Shown in pieces: positions 10,919 to 20,267 of a DNA stretch of 64,000 bases. This DNA comes from Armatimonadota bacterium (lineage in GTDB: Bacteria; Cloacimonadota; Cloacimonadia; Cloacimonadales; TCS61), in the NCBI GenBank assembly GCA_013203665.1, contig JABMPU010000077.1:22471-86470 (forward strand), read 5' to 3'. The position numbers and the translations under genes were made by a program. Under the pieces are notes generated by a model that was not told the DNA's origin, did no database searches, and saw only the letters and a program-made list of their open reading frames with translations. How positions within the stretch are numbered: the stretch's first letter is position 1; each line of letters starts with the position of its first letter.

Positions 10919-11482
10919 TTGGAAAGAAGAAAGAATAATCCTCGAAATGAATCTCAATTTGAAGTGGAAAAGATCATCGATACAAACCGTGTGGCAAAAG
11001 TTGTGAAAGGCGGCAGAAATTTCAGCTTCAATGCAACAGTAGTTGTGGGAGATAAACAAGGACGCGTGGGTGTGGGCATTGGCAAAGCAAATGAAATCGT
11101 GGATGCGATTCGTAAAGCCAAAGAAAAAGCTGCAAAAAACATGTTCACAGTTCCCATTGTAAAAGGTACTATTCCTCATGAAATTATCGGTCGTTTCAGT
11201 GCCAGCAAGATTATGCTGAAACCAGCATCTCCGGGTACAGGAGTTATTGCCGGCGGACCTGCTCGTGCCATATTAGAAGCTGTGGGAGTGGAAAATATTC
11301 TCACTAAATCACTGGGTTCAAATACAGCTGTCAATGTGGTGAAAGCAACTGTTAACGGACTGAAAGAACTTCGTACTATGGGAGATATTGCCAGACTGCG
11401 CAATTTAACTATTTCAGAATTGACCGGTCGTGAAGAACTTCCTACTGAAACTGAAACTCAGGAGGAAGCAGATGAAACTTAA
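10919..11482 (+). CDS. rpsE: 30S ribosomal protein S5
   Basis: TTG start; [10 protein letters not shown] motif; acidic C-terminal tail overlaps the rpmD start. Confidence 0.94.
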   Translation: MERRKNNPRNESQFEVEKIIDTNRVAKVVKGGRNFSFNATVVVGDKQGRVGVGIGKANEIVDAIRKAKEKAAKNMFTVPIVKGTIPHEIIGRFSASKIMLKPASPGTGVIAGGPARAILEAVGVENILTKSLGSNTAVNVVKATVNGLKELRTMGDIARLRNLTISELTGREELPTETETQEEADET

Positions 11483-12011
11483 AGTAACTCAAATCAGAAG
11501 CACGATCGGACGAAAAGAAGACCAGAAAAGAACTATTATTGCTCTTGGTTTAAATAAAATAAACAGAACAAAAATTCATGATGATAATGCTGTAATTCGT
11601 GGTATGATCAATAAAGTTTCTCATCTCATCAAAGTAGAAAAAATTGAAGAAAAAAAGAAACCAAAAAAAGCTACATCCAAAAAAGTAGAAACTAAGCCCG
11701 AAGAAAAGAAAACAAAAATCGAAGAAATAACTAAAAAAACTACCAAACCAAAATCAGAAAAAAAAGAAGTTAAGAAAACTGCGAAACCGAAAGTAGTAAA
11801 ACCAAAAGCAAAAAAAACAGAAGCAAAAAAGACAGAAGCAAAAAAAACTGCTTCAAAGCAAAAAAAAACTACAGAAACCAAAAAGGCAGAAACAAAAAAA
11901 GTTTCACCAAAGCCGGTAAAAGTTGCTGAAACTAAAAAAGCAGAAAAGAAAGAAACTACAAAAAAAGTAACAAAGAAAAAACCGACAAAACCAAAAGCTA
12001 AAAAAGAGTAG
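11472..12011 (+). CDS. rpmD: 50S ribosomal protein L30 with ~120-aa lysine-rich C-terminal extension
   Basis: ATG 11472 after GGAGGA. The first ~58 aa ([14 protein letters not shown]...HLIKVEKI) are a complete L30. The frame stays open to 12011, encoding K/T/E/P/A low-complexity sequence. Confidence 0.85.
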   Translation: MKLKVTQIRSTIGRKEDQKRTIIALGLNKINRTKIHDDNAVIRGMINKVSHLIKVEKIEEKKKPKKATSKKVETKPEEKKTKIEEITKKTTKPKSEKKEVKKTAKPKVVKPKAKKTEAKKTEAKKTASKQKKTTETKKAETKKVSPKPVKVAETKKAEKKETTKKVTKKKPTKPKAKKE

Positions 12012-12020
12012 GAGTTTGTT

Positions 12021-12473
12021 ATGAAACTTCATAATATCGAGCATCCGAAAACAAAAAGATATAAAAAGAGATTGGGAAAAGGTCATGGAACCGGTTTTGG
12101 AAAAACATCCGGTAAAGGTCACAAAGGTCAAAAATCACGTTCCGGTGGAAATATTCCTGCCTGGTTTGAAGGTGGTCAGATGCCTTTGCAACGACGTTTG
12201 CCCAAAAGAGGTTTCACGAACATCTTCAAAAAACAGTTTAGAATTGTTAATTTAGATAAATTACAAAATCTCGACGGATCTATATTTGATATTAAGAAAT
12301 TAGAAAAATTGAATTTGATAAGAAAAGCAAGAGCCAATGAAAAAGCACCTGTGAAAATTTTAGCGAAGAATACTGAAAATTTTAACAAAAAAATAACTGT
12401 AAAAGCAAATGCTTTCTCTAAAACTGCCAAAGAAATAATCGAAAAATTTGGTGGTGTTGCGGAGGTAATTTAG
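12021..12473 (+). CDS. rplO: 50S ribosomal protein L15
   Basis: 150 aa; GKGHGTGFGKTSGKGHKGQKSRSG motif. Confidence 0.95.
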   Translation: MKLHNIEHPKTKRYKKRLGKGHGTGFGKTSGKGHKGQKSRSGGNIPAWFEGGQMPLQRRLPKRGFTNIFKKQFRIVNLDKLQNLDGSIFDIKKLEKLNLIRKARANEKAPVKILAKNTENFNKKITVKANAFSKTAKEIIEKFGGVAEVI

Positions 12474-12474
12474 A

Positions 12475-13791
12475 GTGTTACAAAGTATCAGTAATATCTT
12501 CAAAATACCGGATTTAAAGAAAAAAATCCTGATTACAGCCATGATACTAGTTATCTACAGGCTGGGAAGTTTTATTCCTGTTCCGGGAATTAATGCTGCT
12601 GTTCTGAAAGAATTTCTGGCAGGAGCCGGAGGTGCTGGAAACCTGTTTGGAATGTTCGATTTATTTGTGGGTGGCAACTTTGGAAGAGCTTCGGTTTTTG
12701 CACTCGGTATCATGCCATACATCACAACTTCAATCGTTATCCAGCTTCTGGGTGGTGTATTACCTTTCTTTGAAAGATTGAAGAAAGAAGGTGCTGAAGG
12801 TCAGAAGAAAATAAACCAATACACCAGATATGGAACAGTTGCTGTGGCAGCTTTTCAGGCAATCGGTTTTAGTGTTTTCCTTCTTAACCTTGACGGAGCA
12901 AGTGGACCTGCAGTTCCTCATCCGGGATTTCTATTTCTTTTCACAAGTGTTGTAACAATGGTTACCGGTGTTATTTTTATTATGTGGCTGGGTGAACAGA
13001 TTACAGAACATGGCATTGGAAATGGTATTTCCCTGATTATTTTCGCAGGAATTATTGCCCGTTATCCAAACGGTTTCATAAATATGTTCCAGATGGTCCG
13101 AGCCGGGGCAATGACTATTTTCATGGCAGTTGCCGTATTATTGGTAATGGTTGCTGTAACTGCTTCCGTTGTTCTGGTAACTGAAGGTATTCGAAAGATA
13201 CCAGTTCAATATGCCAAAAGAATTATCGGCAGAAAAGTTTATGGTGGGCAAAGTACACATATTCCGCTAAAAGTAAATACAGCCGGGGTTATCCCCATCA
13301 TTTTCGCTCAATCCATTCTTATGTTTCCACGCACGATTGCTACATTCTTCAAAGATAGCGAGATCATGAACATGATCGTTCAATGGTTATCACCCGGAGC
13401 TTTTCTTTATACTTTACTTTATGTTGGTCTCATTATTTTCTTTGCTTACTTTTATACTGCCATGGTTTTGAACCCGGTGGAAATGGCAGAAAATATGAAA
13501 AAATATGGTGGATTTATTCCCGGAAGAAAACCCGGTAAAAAAACATCAGATTATATCAATAATGTTCTGTTGCGCATCACTTTGCCCGGTGCTACTTTCT
13601 TTGCATTTATAGCAGTATTGCCGGAATTCATGCAAAAGTGGTCCAACCTGCCATTCTATTTTGGTGGAACAGGACTTATAATTATCGTTGGTGTTGCCCT
13701 GGATACTCTTCAGCAAATCGAGTCTCATCTGGTAATGAGACATTACGAAGGATTTATGAAGAGAGGAAAACTGCGGGGACGACGAGGTTAA
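12475..13791 (+). CDS. secY: preprotein translocase subunit SecY
   Basis: 438 aa, GTG start, polytopic; GIMPYITTSI and other typical SecY segments; follows rplO. Confidence 0.96.
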   Translation: MLQSISNIFKIPDLKKKILITAMILVIYRLGSFIPVPGINAAVLKEFLAGAGGAGNLFGMFDLFVGGNFGRASVFALGIMPYITTSIVIQLLGGVLPFFERLKKEGAEGQKKINQYTRYGTVAVAAFQAIGFSVFLLNLDGASGPAVPHPGFLFLFTSVVTMVTGVIFIMWLGEQITEHGIGNGISLIIFAGIIARYPNGFINMFQMVRAGAMTIFMAVAVLLVMVAVTASVVLVTEGIRKIPVQYAKRIIGRKVYGGQSTHIPLKVNTAGVIPIIFAQSILMFPRTIATFFKDSEIMNMIVQWLSPGAFLYTLLYVGLIIFFAYFYTAMVLNPVEMAENMKKYGGFIPGRKPGKKTSDYINNVLLRITLPGATFFAFIAVLPEFMQKWSNLPFYFGGTGLIIIVGVALDTLQQIESHLVMRHYEGFMKRGKLRGRRG

Positions 13792-13828
13792 TTTTTGTAA
13801 ATTACATAGAGTGTAAATAAGAAGCAAT

Positions 13829-14593
13829 ATGATCTACATAAAAAATGAATCTGAAATAGTTAAGATGCGGGAAGCCAATCGTATCGTAGGATTATTGCTT
13901 CATAAGATGAATGATTTTGTCAAGCCTGGTATAAGTACATTTGAACTTGATAAAATCGCTGAGGATTTCATCCTGTCTCAGGGAGCAAAACCGGCTTTTA
14001 AGGGTTATTCAAGTTCAGGTTTACCTCCTTATCCGGCATCAATTTGCACCTCGGTAAATTCCTGTATTGTGCATGGTATTCCTTCCAAAAAAGTCATCCT
14101 GAAAAAAGGTGATATTATTGGGATCGATGTGGGTACATATAAAGATGGATTTTGTGGAGATGGTGCTTGCACATATCGAGTTGGAAAAGTTTCAAGGGAT
14201 ATTGAATGTCTCCTCAGCGTGACCAGGGAAGCACTTGACAGAGCAATTCACCAGGCAAGGAATGGTGCTCGAGTCGGTGATATTTCTTATGCCATCGGTT
14301 CTTACGTGAAACAGCAGGGATTTTTTATTGCAGATCAGTTAACCGGACACGGCATTGGCAAACAGATGCATGAAGAACCAATTGTTTCTAATAATGGCAT
14401 GAAAAAGAAGGGACCACGCTTGAGAAAAGGAATGACTCTGGCAATCGAACCGATGGTAAATATCGGTACGAATCGGGTAAGAGAAGTTGGTTGGGAATTT
14501 TTCGTGAAAGATAATTCTTTATCTGCTCATTATGAGAAAACGATCTTAATAACAGATAAAGAAGCAGAGATTTTAAGCGAATACGAGGCTTAA
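13829..14593 (+). CDS. map: type I methionine aminopeptidase
   Basis: 254 aa; the D..D..H..E..E metal-ligand pattern context (GIDVG...GDGACT...HGIG...LAIEP) reads as the pita-bread fold; spc operon position. No adk lies between secY and map. Confidence 0.93.
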   Translation: MIYIKNESEIVKMREANRIVGLLLHKMNDFVKPGISTFELDKIAEDFILSQGAKPAFKGYSSSGLPPYPASICTSVNSCIVHGIPSKKVILKKGDIIGIDVGTYKDGFCGDGACTYRVGKVSRDIECLLSVTREALDRAIHQARNGARVGDISYAIGSYVKQQGFFIADQLTGHGIGKQMHEEPIVSNNGMKKKGPRLRKGMTLAIEPMVNIGTNRVREVGWEFFVKDNSLSAHYEKTILITDKEAEILSEYEA

Positions 14594-14596
14594 ATT

Positions 14597-14815
14597 ATGG
14601 CAAAAGAAGGAGTTATAGAAGTTGAAGGCATTGTAAGAGAAGCAATGCCAAATACTACTTTCAAAGTAGAATTGGAAAATGGGCATCAAATTCTTGCTCA
14701 TAGTTCCGGTAAGATGAGAATGCATTATATCAGAATTTTACCGGGTGATAAAGTGAAAGTGGAATTATCTCCATACGATCTGAACAGGGGTAGAATTACT
14801 TACCGCTATAAATAG
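14597..14815 (+). CDS. infA: translation initiation factor IF-1
   Basis: 72 aa; [11 protein letters not shown]...GRITYRYK. Confidence 0.96.
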   Translation: MAKEGVIEVEGIVREAMPNTTFKVELENGHQILAHSSGKMRMHYIRILPGDKVKVELSPYDLNRGRITYRYK

Positions 14816-14823
14816 AGGAAAAA

Positions 14824-14940
14824 ATGAAAGTAAGAGCATCAGTTAAAAAGATTTGTAAGGATTGCAAAATAATAAAAAGACACGGAGTTATCCGGGTTAT
14901 TTGTAAAGCAAATCCTAAACATAAACAAAGACAAGGCTAA
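14824..14940 (+). CDS. rpmJ: 50S ribosomal protein L36
   Basis: Not in the ORF track (38 aa). My translation is [38 protein letters not shown], with a zinc-ribbon Cys pattern. Confidence 0.93.
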   Translation: MKVRASVKKICKDCKIIKRHGVIRVICKANPKHKQRQG

Positions 14941-15000
14941 ACTGATTGTCGATGTTTAAAAAAATTATAAAAAAAGAAATATCTTTAAGGAGGATATAAC

Positions 15001-15369
15001 TTGGCTCATTTAGCAGGCATTGAATTACCAAAAGATAAAAGAGTTGTGATCGGACTTACTTATATTTTCGGTATAGGAAAATCCATCTCTTCAAAGCTTT
15101 TGAAAAAAGCAAAAATCGATGAAAATAAAAAAGTGAAAGATCTTACAGTAGAAGAAGAAAAAACTCTGAGAGAGATAATCCAGGATGAAATTATTGTGGA
15201 AGGTGAGCTTAGAACTCAGGTAGCAATGGACATCAAACGTCTCATGGAAATAGGTTGTTACAGAGGAATAAGACACAAAAAAGGATTCCCTGTAAGAGGA
15301 CAACGAACTCATACAAATGCACGCACCAGGCGCGGCAGACGCAAAACTTCCGGCGTAATAAAGAGGTAA
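15001..15369 (+). CDS. rpsM: 30S ribosomal protein S13
   Basis: TTG start after AGGAGG; 122 aa; [11 protein letters not shown]-terminus. Confidence 0.94.
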   Translation: MAHLAGIELPKDKRVVIGLTYIFGIGKSISSKLLKKAKIDENKKVKDLTVEEEKTLREIIQDEIIVEGELRTQVAMDIKRLMEIGCYRGIRHKKGFPVRGQRTHTNARTRRGRRKTSGVIKR

Positions 15370-15372
15370 CTG

Positions 15373-15759
15373 ATGGCAACAAAAAAAACAAAGAAAAAAC
15401 GAGTTCGACTCACTTATAATGAAGGCGTTGCACATATTCACTCCAGCTTTAATAATACAATCGTAACTCTTTCCGACAAAGCCGGTAATGTATTAACCTG
15501 GTCAAGCGGGGGAAAAATCGGTTATAAACACGCTAAAAAGAGTACTCCTTTTGCTGCTCAGCTCGCTGCTGCAGAAGTAGCAAAAGCTTCTCTGGAAATG
15601 GGTATTAACAAAGTTCAGGTAATTGTTACCGGACCTGGTGGCGGTAGAGAATCTGCAATCAGATCATTAGATTCAAATGGTTTGGAAGTGACAATGATCA
15701 AAGACACCACTCCAATCCCGCATAATGGCTGCAAACCAAGAAAAACCAGAAGGATATAA
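15373..15759 (+). CDS. rpsK: 30S ribosomal protein S11
   Basis: 128 aa; [15 protein letters not shown] motif. Confidence 0.95.
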   Translation: MATKKTKKKRVRLTYNEGVAHIHSSFNNTIVTLSDKAGNVLTWSSGGKIGYKHAKKSTPFAAQLAAAEVAKASLEMGINKVQVIVTGPGGGRESAIRSLDSNGLEVTMIKDTTPIPHNGCKPRKTRRI

Positions 15760-15761
15760 TT

Positions 15762-16397
15762 ATGGCAAGATATACTGGACCCTCTTGTAAATTGTGTAGA
15801 AGGGAAGGCACAAAGCTTTTTCTAAAAGGTTCCCGCTGCAACTCGGATAAATGCGCCTTTGAAAAACGAGCTTATATTCCCGGCGAACATGGAAATGCAA
15901 AAGGTTTTAGAAGAAGATTAAGTGATTATGGAATCCATCTAAGGGAAAAACAAAAAGTAAGACGTATTTATGGGATTTTGGAAAAACAATTCAGGAAATA
16001 TTTTAAAATGGCTGCTAAAAAATCTGGAATTACCGGTGAAAACCTTCTCCAGTTTTTAGAATGCCGCCTGGATAATATTATCTATCGGATGGGGTTTGCT
16101 CCTTCCAGGAAATCTGCTCGTCAAATCGTACGGCACGGTCATATCCTGGTTAATGGGCGCAAAGTAAATATTCCTTCCTTTTTAGTTCGCTCGGATGATG
16201 AAATTTCTATTAAAGAAAAAAGCAGAGGAATGACGTTGATCCAGGAAGCGATGGAAGCTTCCACTGAAGTTTCTAACTATGAATGGTTCGAAGTGGACAA
16301 AGACCAGTTCATGGGTAAGATTCTCAGCATTCCAACCCGCATACAAATCCCTCTGGATGTTGATGAACGTCTTATTGTTGAATATTATTCTAAGTAG
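15762..16397 (+). CDS. rpsD: 30S ribosomal protein S4
   Basis: MARYTGPSCKLCRREG N-terminus; S4 domain; 211 aa. Confidence 0.95.
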   Translation: MARYTGPSCKLCRREGTKLFLKGSRCNSDKCAFEKRAYIPGEHGNAKGFRRRLSDYGIHLREKQKVRRIYGILEKQFRKYFKMAAKKSGITGENLLQFLECRLDNIIYRMGFAPSRKSARQIVRHGHILVNGRKVNIPSFLVRSDDEISIKEKSRGMTLIQEAMEASTEVSNYEWFEVDKDQFMGKILSIPTRIQIPLDVDERLIVEYYSK

Positions 16398-16412
16398 AAG
16401 AGGAGTTAATTT

Positions 16413-17432
16413 ATGAATTTCCTTGAACCTATACAATTACCCGAAAAAGTTCAAGCTGATGAAAAAACATATTGTCCGACTTTCGGAAAATTCGAAATTG
16501 GACCTTTGGAACCCGGTTTTGGCACAACCATTGGAAATACTCTGAGAAGAGTTTTGCTCTCGTCTGTTCAGGGTGCTGCCATCAGATTTGTGAAAATTGA
16601 AGGTTTACATCATGAATTTGCTCCTATTGCAGGTTCCAATGCTGATTTCGTGGACTTGATTTTAAGATTGAAAAAACTGGTGATAAAATCTGAATCTATC
16701 GAAGAAGAAAAACTAATTCTGGAACATAAAGGAATCGGACCTGTTACAGCCAGCGAAATAACAGGAAGTGCTAATGTCGAAATCATAAATGATGATCTGG
16801 TTTTATTGGAAATGACAGAAGATATCGATTTCAGGATGGAACTCTGGACTGGAATTGGCAGAGGATATTGCCCTTCGGAAAATCATGATGCGGAAGATAA
16901 ACCTGTGGGTGTGATCCCGATAGATTCCATTTATTCTCCAGTTACAAAAGTTAACTTCTATGTGGACCGTCAAAGAGTTGGCGAAACAATAGATTTCGAT
17001 AAATTAATCATTGAAATTACTACAGATGGCAGTATGAATCCAAAAGATGCTCTTTATCTTTCTGCGATGATTCTGAGAGATTTATACGCTAAGATGGTTC
17101 TTTTCGAAAAAGAACCGGAATACATCGAAGAAGTAGAGATAAATCCTGAACTGGAAAGACTGGAAAAAATCCTTTTTACAAATGTGAATGAATTGGAACT
17201 TTCCGTGAGATGCAGCAATTGTCTTTCTGCTGCCAAGATTGAAACAATCGGGGAACTGATAGAAAAAAGTGAAAATGAAATGCTAAAATACCGCAACTTC
17301 GGAAAAAAATCCTTAGAAGAGATTAATATATTACTGGCAAAATACAATTTATCCCTCGGTACTGATGTGAAAGGATTAATAGAAGAAATCCAGAATACAA
17401 AAAACAAGATAACTACAAAAAAAAAAGGTTAA
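16413..17432 (+). CDS. rpoA: DNA-directed RNA polymerase alpha subunit
   Basis: 339 aa; GNTLRRVLLSS motif; C-terminal domain LELSVRCSNCL. Confidence 0.96.
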   Translation: MNFLEPIQLPEKVQADEKTYCPTFGKFEIGPLEPGFGTTIGNTLRRVLLSSVQGAAIRFVKIEGLHHEFAPIAGSNADFVDLILRLKKLVIKSESIEEEKLILEHKGIGPVTASEITGSANVEIINDDLVLLEMTEDIDFRMELWTGIGRGYCPSENHDAEDKPVGVIPIDSIYSPVTKVNFYVDRQRVGETIDFDKLIIEITTDGSMNPKDALYLSAMILRDLYAKMVLFEKEPEYIEEVEINPELERLEKILFTNVNELELSVRCSNCLSAAKIETIGELIEKSENEMLKYRNFGKKSLEEINILLAKYNLSLGTDVKGLIEEIQNTKNKITTKKKG

Positions 17433-17436
17433 GATT

Positions 17437-17844
17437 ATGCGACACAAAGTAAAAGGCAGAAAACTCGGAAAAGAAGCTGACCATCGTAAACTAATGTTGA
17501 AAAACCTGGTTTGTTCATTAGTAGAACACGGCAGGATAAATACAACTGTGGCAAAAGCAAAAGAAATTAGAGGTGTTGCGGAAAGAGTGATAACTTATGC
17601 CAAAAAAGGTGGAGTTCATCACAGAAGACTGGCTTTTAAAGTTCTAAAAAACAGAACTCTGGTTAAAAAAGTATTTGATGAAATCGCTCCCAAATATACC
17701 AGTGTGGAAGGTGGTTATACTCGCGTTCTCAAAAACGGATTTCGCAAAGGTGACTGCGCTCCTATGGCTATTATCGAATTCGTGGAAGGCAAAGATACAA
17801 AAACCAAAAAAGAAGATATTAAAACCGAAGAAATCGCAAAATAA
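17437..17844 (+). CDS. rplQ: 50S ribosomal protein L17
   Basis: MRHKVKGRKLG N-terminus; 135 aa; last gene of the alpha operon. Confidence 0.95.
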   Translation: MRHKVKGRKLGKEADHRKLMLKNLVCSLVEHGRINTTVAKAKEIRGVAERVITYAKKGGVHHRRLAFKVLKNRTLVKKVFDEIAPKYTSVEGGYTRVLKNGFRKGDCAPMAIIEFVEGKDTKTKKEDIKTEEIAK

Positions 17845-17869
17845 TTAGGAATTATAAATTAAGAATTAA

Positions 17870-17903
17870 GCAGGCTGCCAAATATGGTTGCCTGTTTTTT
17901 TTA
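17870..17903 (+). terminator. rho-independent terminator of the ribosomal superoperon
   Basis: gcaggc...gcctg stem followed by a T9 run (17895-17903). Confidence 0.65.
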
Positions 17904-17927
17904 TTTGAAATTTGTAGGGACAGTTCA

Positions 17928-17948
17928 TCGAACTGTCCAAAAAATTTA
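17928..17948. repeat. GTAGGGACAG-type hairpin (REP-like)
   Basis: ggacagtt-catcg-aactgtcc is a perfect 8-bp stem. Its gtagggacag lead-in is the same as the hairpin inside the RAYT-like gene at 1146-1171. Confidence 0.45.
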
Positions 17949-18009
17949 ATGACCGAATGTTTAGGTCAAGATTGGTTTGAAGAAAATCTGTTTGAGGATT
18001 TAATGAATT

Positions 18010-18833
18010 TCACCAGTCAATGTTTTCTATCCAGTTTCTAAATTGATCAGTTAGATTTTCAAAAAATCCTGTATAAGGTGCATTATCTTTCTTAAACATA
18101 ATTTCAATAACATCACAAGCCTGGATTGCTTCAGAAATATTTTCGAACCATCGTCTACGTAAAGTGCAGATAGCACCAGGTAATTCTTTAATGCCCTTAA
18201 TATTCCATTTAAATATTATTGAATTTTCAAATTGTATACATTTTGTATAGAGATCGTGAAGATATTTTGTTTCAGTTACATTATTTTCATTTAAAGCATA
18301 ATTAATTAGTACATTGGGTGATATAAAATAGTTAATGGCGTATTCCGTGATTTTTTTAATTTTTTATCTGTCCTAAATCTATCTATTTGTATAGTTATTT
18401 GTGTTATTGGCTTACGATATCTTAAAATGTAACCAGTGATTGCTTTCATAGCAGAGTACCCAGAGAAAAAATTCCAAATAAAATCGGCTGATGTAATTTT
18501 TTCAGGAGTATCTTTACCTCGAAGTTGTTTCTCATTGTATTCTTTACATTTTTGTTTAATTAGGGCTTTCTCTCCCTCAGTAGAATAGGAGTATATCGTT
18601 ATTGGGAAATAACCGTTTAAAAGGAATTCTGCAAAAGGTAACCAAACAGTGTTGGGATATCGTTTACTTTTTTTATTAAAAGGAATTTCATTATCTCTGA
18701 GAAATTTTTCCCAATCTGAGTTAGTTTTGTCTTCTTTTTTGAATGTAAAAAATCCGCCAAAAATAAAAGGTATATTTTTATTTATATCACCTGGTGTTCC
18801 CGACTCATCTAAATATATTCTCATATGTGACAT
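18010..18833 (-). pseudogene. DUF3800-like protein, frameshifted in a poly(A) tract
   Basis: N-terminal MRIYLDESGTPG resembles the DUF3800 start. The 175-aa ORF stops at 18306. A second frame is stop-free for 117 codons from 18363 down to the TGA at 18010-18012. The two frames join at the A6-tt-A7 run (plus strand 18351-18365). Total length is 824 nt, which is 3n+2. Confidence 0.65.
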
Positions 18834-19010
18834 TGTGGTTTCCTTTAAAAAAAATAATTCGAATCAAGTACAAAAGCTACTAATATAGCACCATGTTCTG
18901 TACAATCGAGTTTTACACGGTGATTGCAATTTGCGATCACCTTTCAATAAATCTTTAGATATAATTTAAAATCTTTGTTTTATGTCAAAGTGTATTTGAT
19001 CTCTTGTAAT

Positions 19011-19071
19011 GGTTATCAAGTAACCAAACTGGACTTCAAGCAGATTTTATTCGGGCTGGAGTCCAGAACGA
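19011..19071. repeat. left copy of ~60-bp direct repeat bracketing the wHTH/NTase cassette
   Basis: ggttatcaagtaaccaaactggacttcaagcagattttattcgggctggagtccagaacga, compared with the copy at 20268-20326. Confidence 0.7.
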
Positions 19072-19077
19072 GAAGAT

Positions 19078-19611
19078 TCAAGTTCCTAATTCCTTGAAAA
19101 ATTTCTTAAATTTTTCTTCTTCATCTTCTTTTTTAGACCAACGCTCGATTTCATTAAAATTAATATCATTCATTTTTGCAACTAATACAGCTTGATCCAG
19201 ACATTGTCTGTCATTCCAGAAATAAAATGCAGCCAAACGATCTTTTACACATTCAGTCGGAGAAATTATTTTTAATTCACCGGTTTCAAAATGCAGAGTA
19301 ATGATATCTTTTACAGGTTCATTACCTATTGAGAGGGGTCCAGGTGGAAATTCTACAATATAATCTGTATCAGGATGTTTAAAATATCTGTTTTCCTCAA
19401 AGAAGCCAATTTCAGATAAATGTTTTGCTAATTCCTTACTTTTCGTGTAAAATGTTTCTATAAAATCCAAATCCATAGAAACATATTGATTTTTAGAATA
19501 AATGCTTACACAGCTTCCACCAGTTAGAATTACCTCTATGCCATTATTCTTAAGATGGGTAGAAATAAATGCTGCCAATTCTTCTATATTCATTTTTTTT
19601 ATGGATTTCAT
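19078..19611 (-). CDS. minimal nucleotidyltransferase-fold protein (putative toxin/effector)
   Basis: 177 aa. LTGGSCVSIYSKNQYVSMDLDFI fits the G[GS]-x(9-13)-DxD pol-beta NTase motif. 4-nt ATGA overlap with the upstream wHTH gene. Confidence 0.6.
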   Translation of the reverse strand: MKSIKKMNIEELAAFISTHLKNNGIEVILTGGSCVSIYSKNQYVSMDLDFIETFYTKSKELAKHLSEIGFFEENRYFKHPDTDYIVEFPPGPLSIGNEPVKDIITLHFETGELKIISPTECVKDRLAAFYFWNDRQCLDQAVLVAKMNDINFNEIERWSKKEDEEEKFKKFFKELGT

Positions 19612-19937
19612 ATAGGCTTATTCCTTCGTCTGGGGCGACGCCGGTTGTAAAGCAAAGCAGTTTTTAATTCTTCCGGATAAAATGAAAGTGCCTTTTCCAA
19701 CAATTGCTGTAATTCTTTTAAAAATGGATAGCGGGGATTGAAAGAGTAATTACGGGTTCTACCGGATAACTTACTTATCAGCATTCCATTTTCTTCCAAT
19801 TTATTCAACTGCTTTTGAATAGGAGAAAGAACCGTATTATAAAAACTTGCTATCTCCCTGGCATATCCTTCATTCCTGCAAAACAGGAAAATAAGGATCC
19901 GTTCTGCATTTATTGAACCTAACAAAACTTCCAGCAT
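19608..19937 (-). CDS. winged-helix (ArsR/MarR-like) DNA-binding protein (putative antitoxin/regulator)
   Basis: 109 aa. GYAREIASFYNTVLSPIQKQLNKLEENGMLISK reads as an HTH plus wing; basic C-terminal tail RRRPRRRNKP. Confidence 0.6.
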   Translation of the reverse strand: MLEVLLGSINAERILIFLFCRNEGYAREIASFYNTVLSPIQKQLNKLEENGMLISKLSGRTRNYSFNPRYPFLKELQQLLEKALSFYPEELKTALLYNRRRPRRRNKPI

Positions 19938-19938
19938 A

Positions 19939-19978
19939 AGACCTTCTTTTTAGGTCATATGACCTATTACTTAGGTCT
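19939..19978. promoter_or_regulatory. nested palindromic operator candidate upstream of the wHTH gene
   Basis: Perfect 14-bp palindrome aggtcatatgacct (19952-19965), nested inside inverted half-sites agacct (19939-19944) and aggtct (19973-19978). It starts 2 nt from the start codon. Confidence 0.55.
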
Positions 19979-20267
19979 AAATTTGATTTGATGTTTTTTT
20001 TGTAAAGATTTTTTTAAACCTAAATCGGATAAACCGAAACCAAAAAATTTGCAACGAACCTGTCTTTGTTACACTACGACACGGCAGGCAAAACAAACAA
20101 TATCTAACAAAAAATGAAAAAAGTTCGTTGTTGTTAGTGTTTGTTAGTTGCTAAAAATATTTTTTTGCCAAAAAGTGTAAGAATATTAGAATTAAGTAAC
20201 TAATAGAAATTATATGCGAAAATAAAAATTGTAGCAACAATTCAAGAACTGTGGAAAAGCTTGCCAA

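Noticed and set aside
1836-17407. Dozens of 60-210-aa ORFs antisense to or out of frame with tuf, ribosomal protein genes, secY and rpoA (e.g. 1836..2057-, 4749..5279-, 9851..10483-, 15091..15441-, 17054..17407-).
   Set aside because: They lie entirely within strongly recognisable conserved genes, have low-complexity or biased translations and no Shine-Dalgarno. They are artefacts of AT-rich sequence with few stops on the opposite strand.
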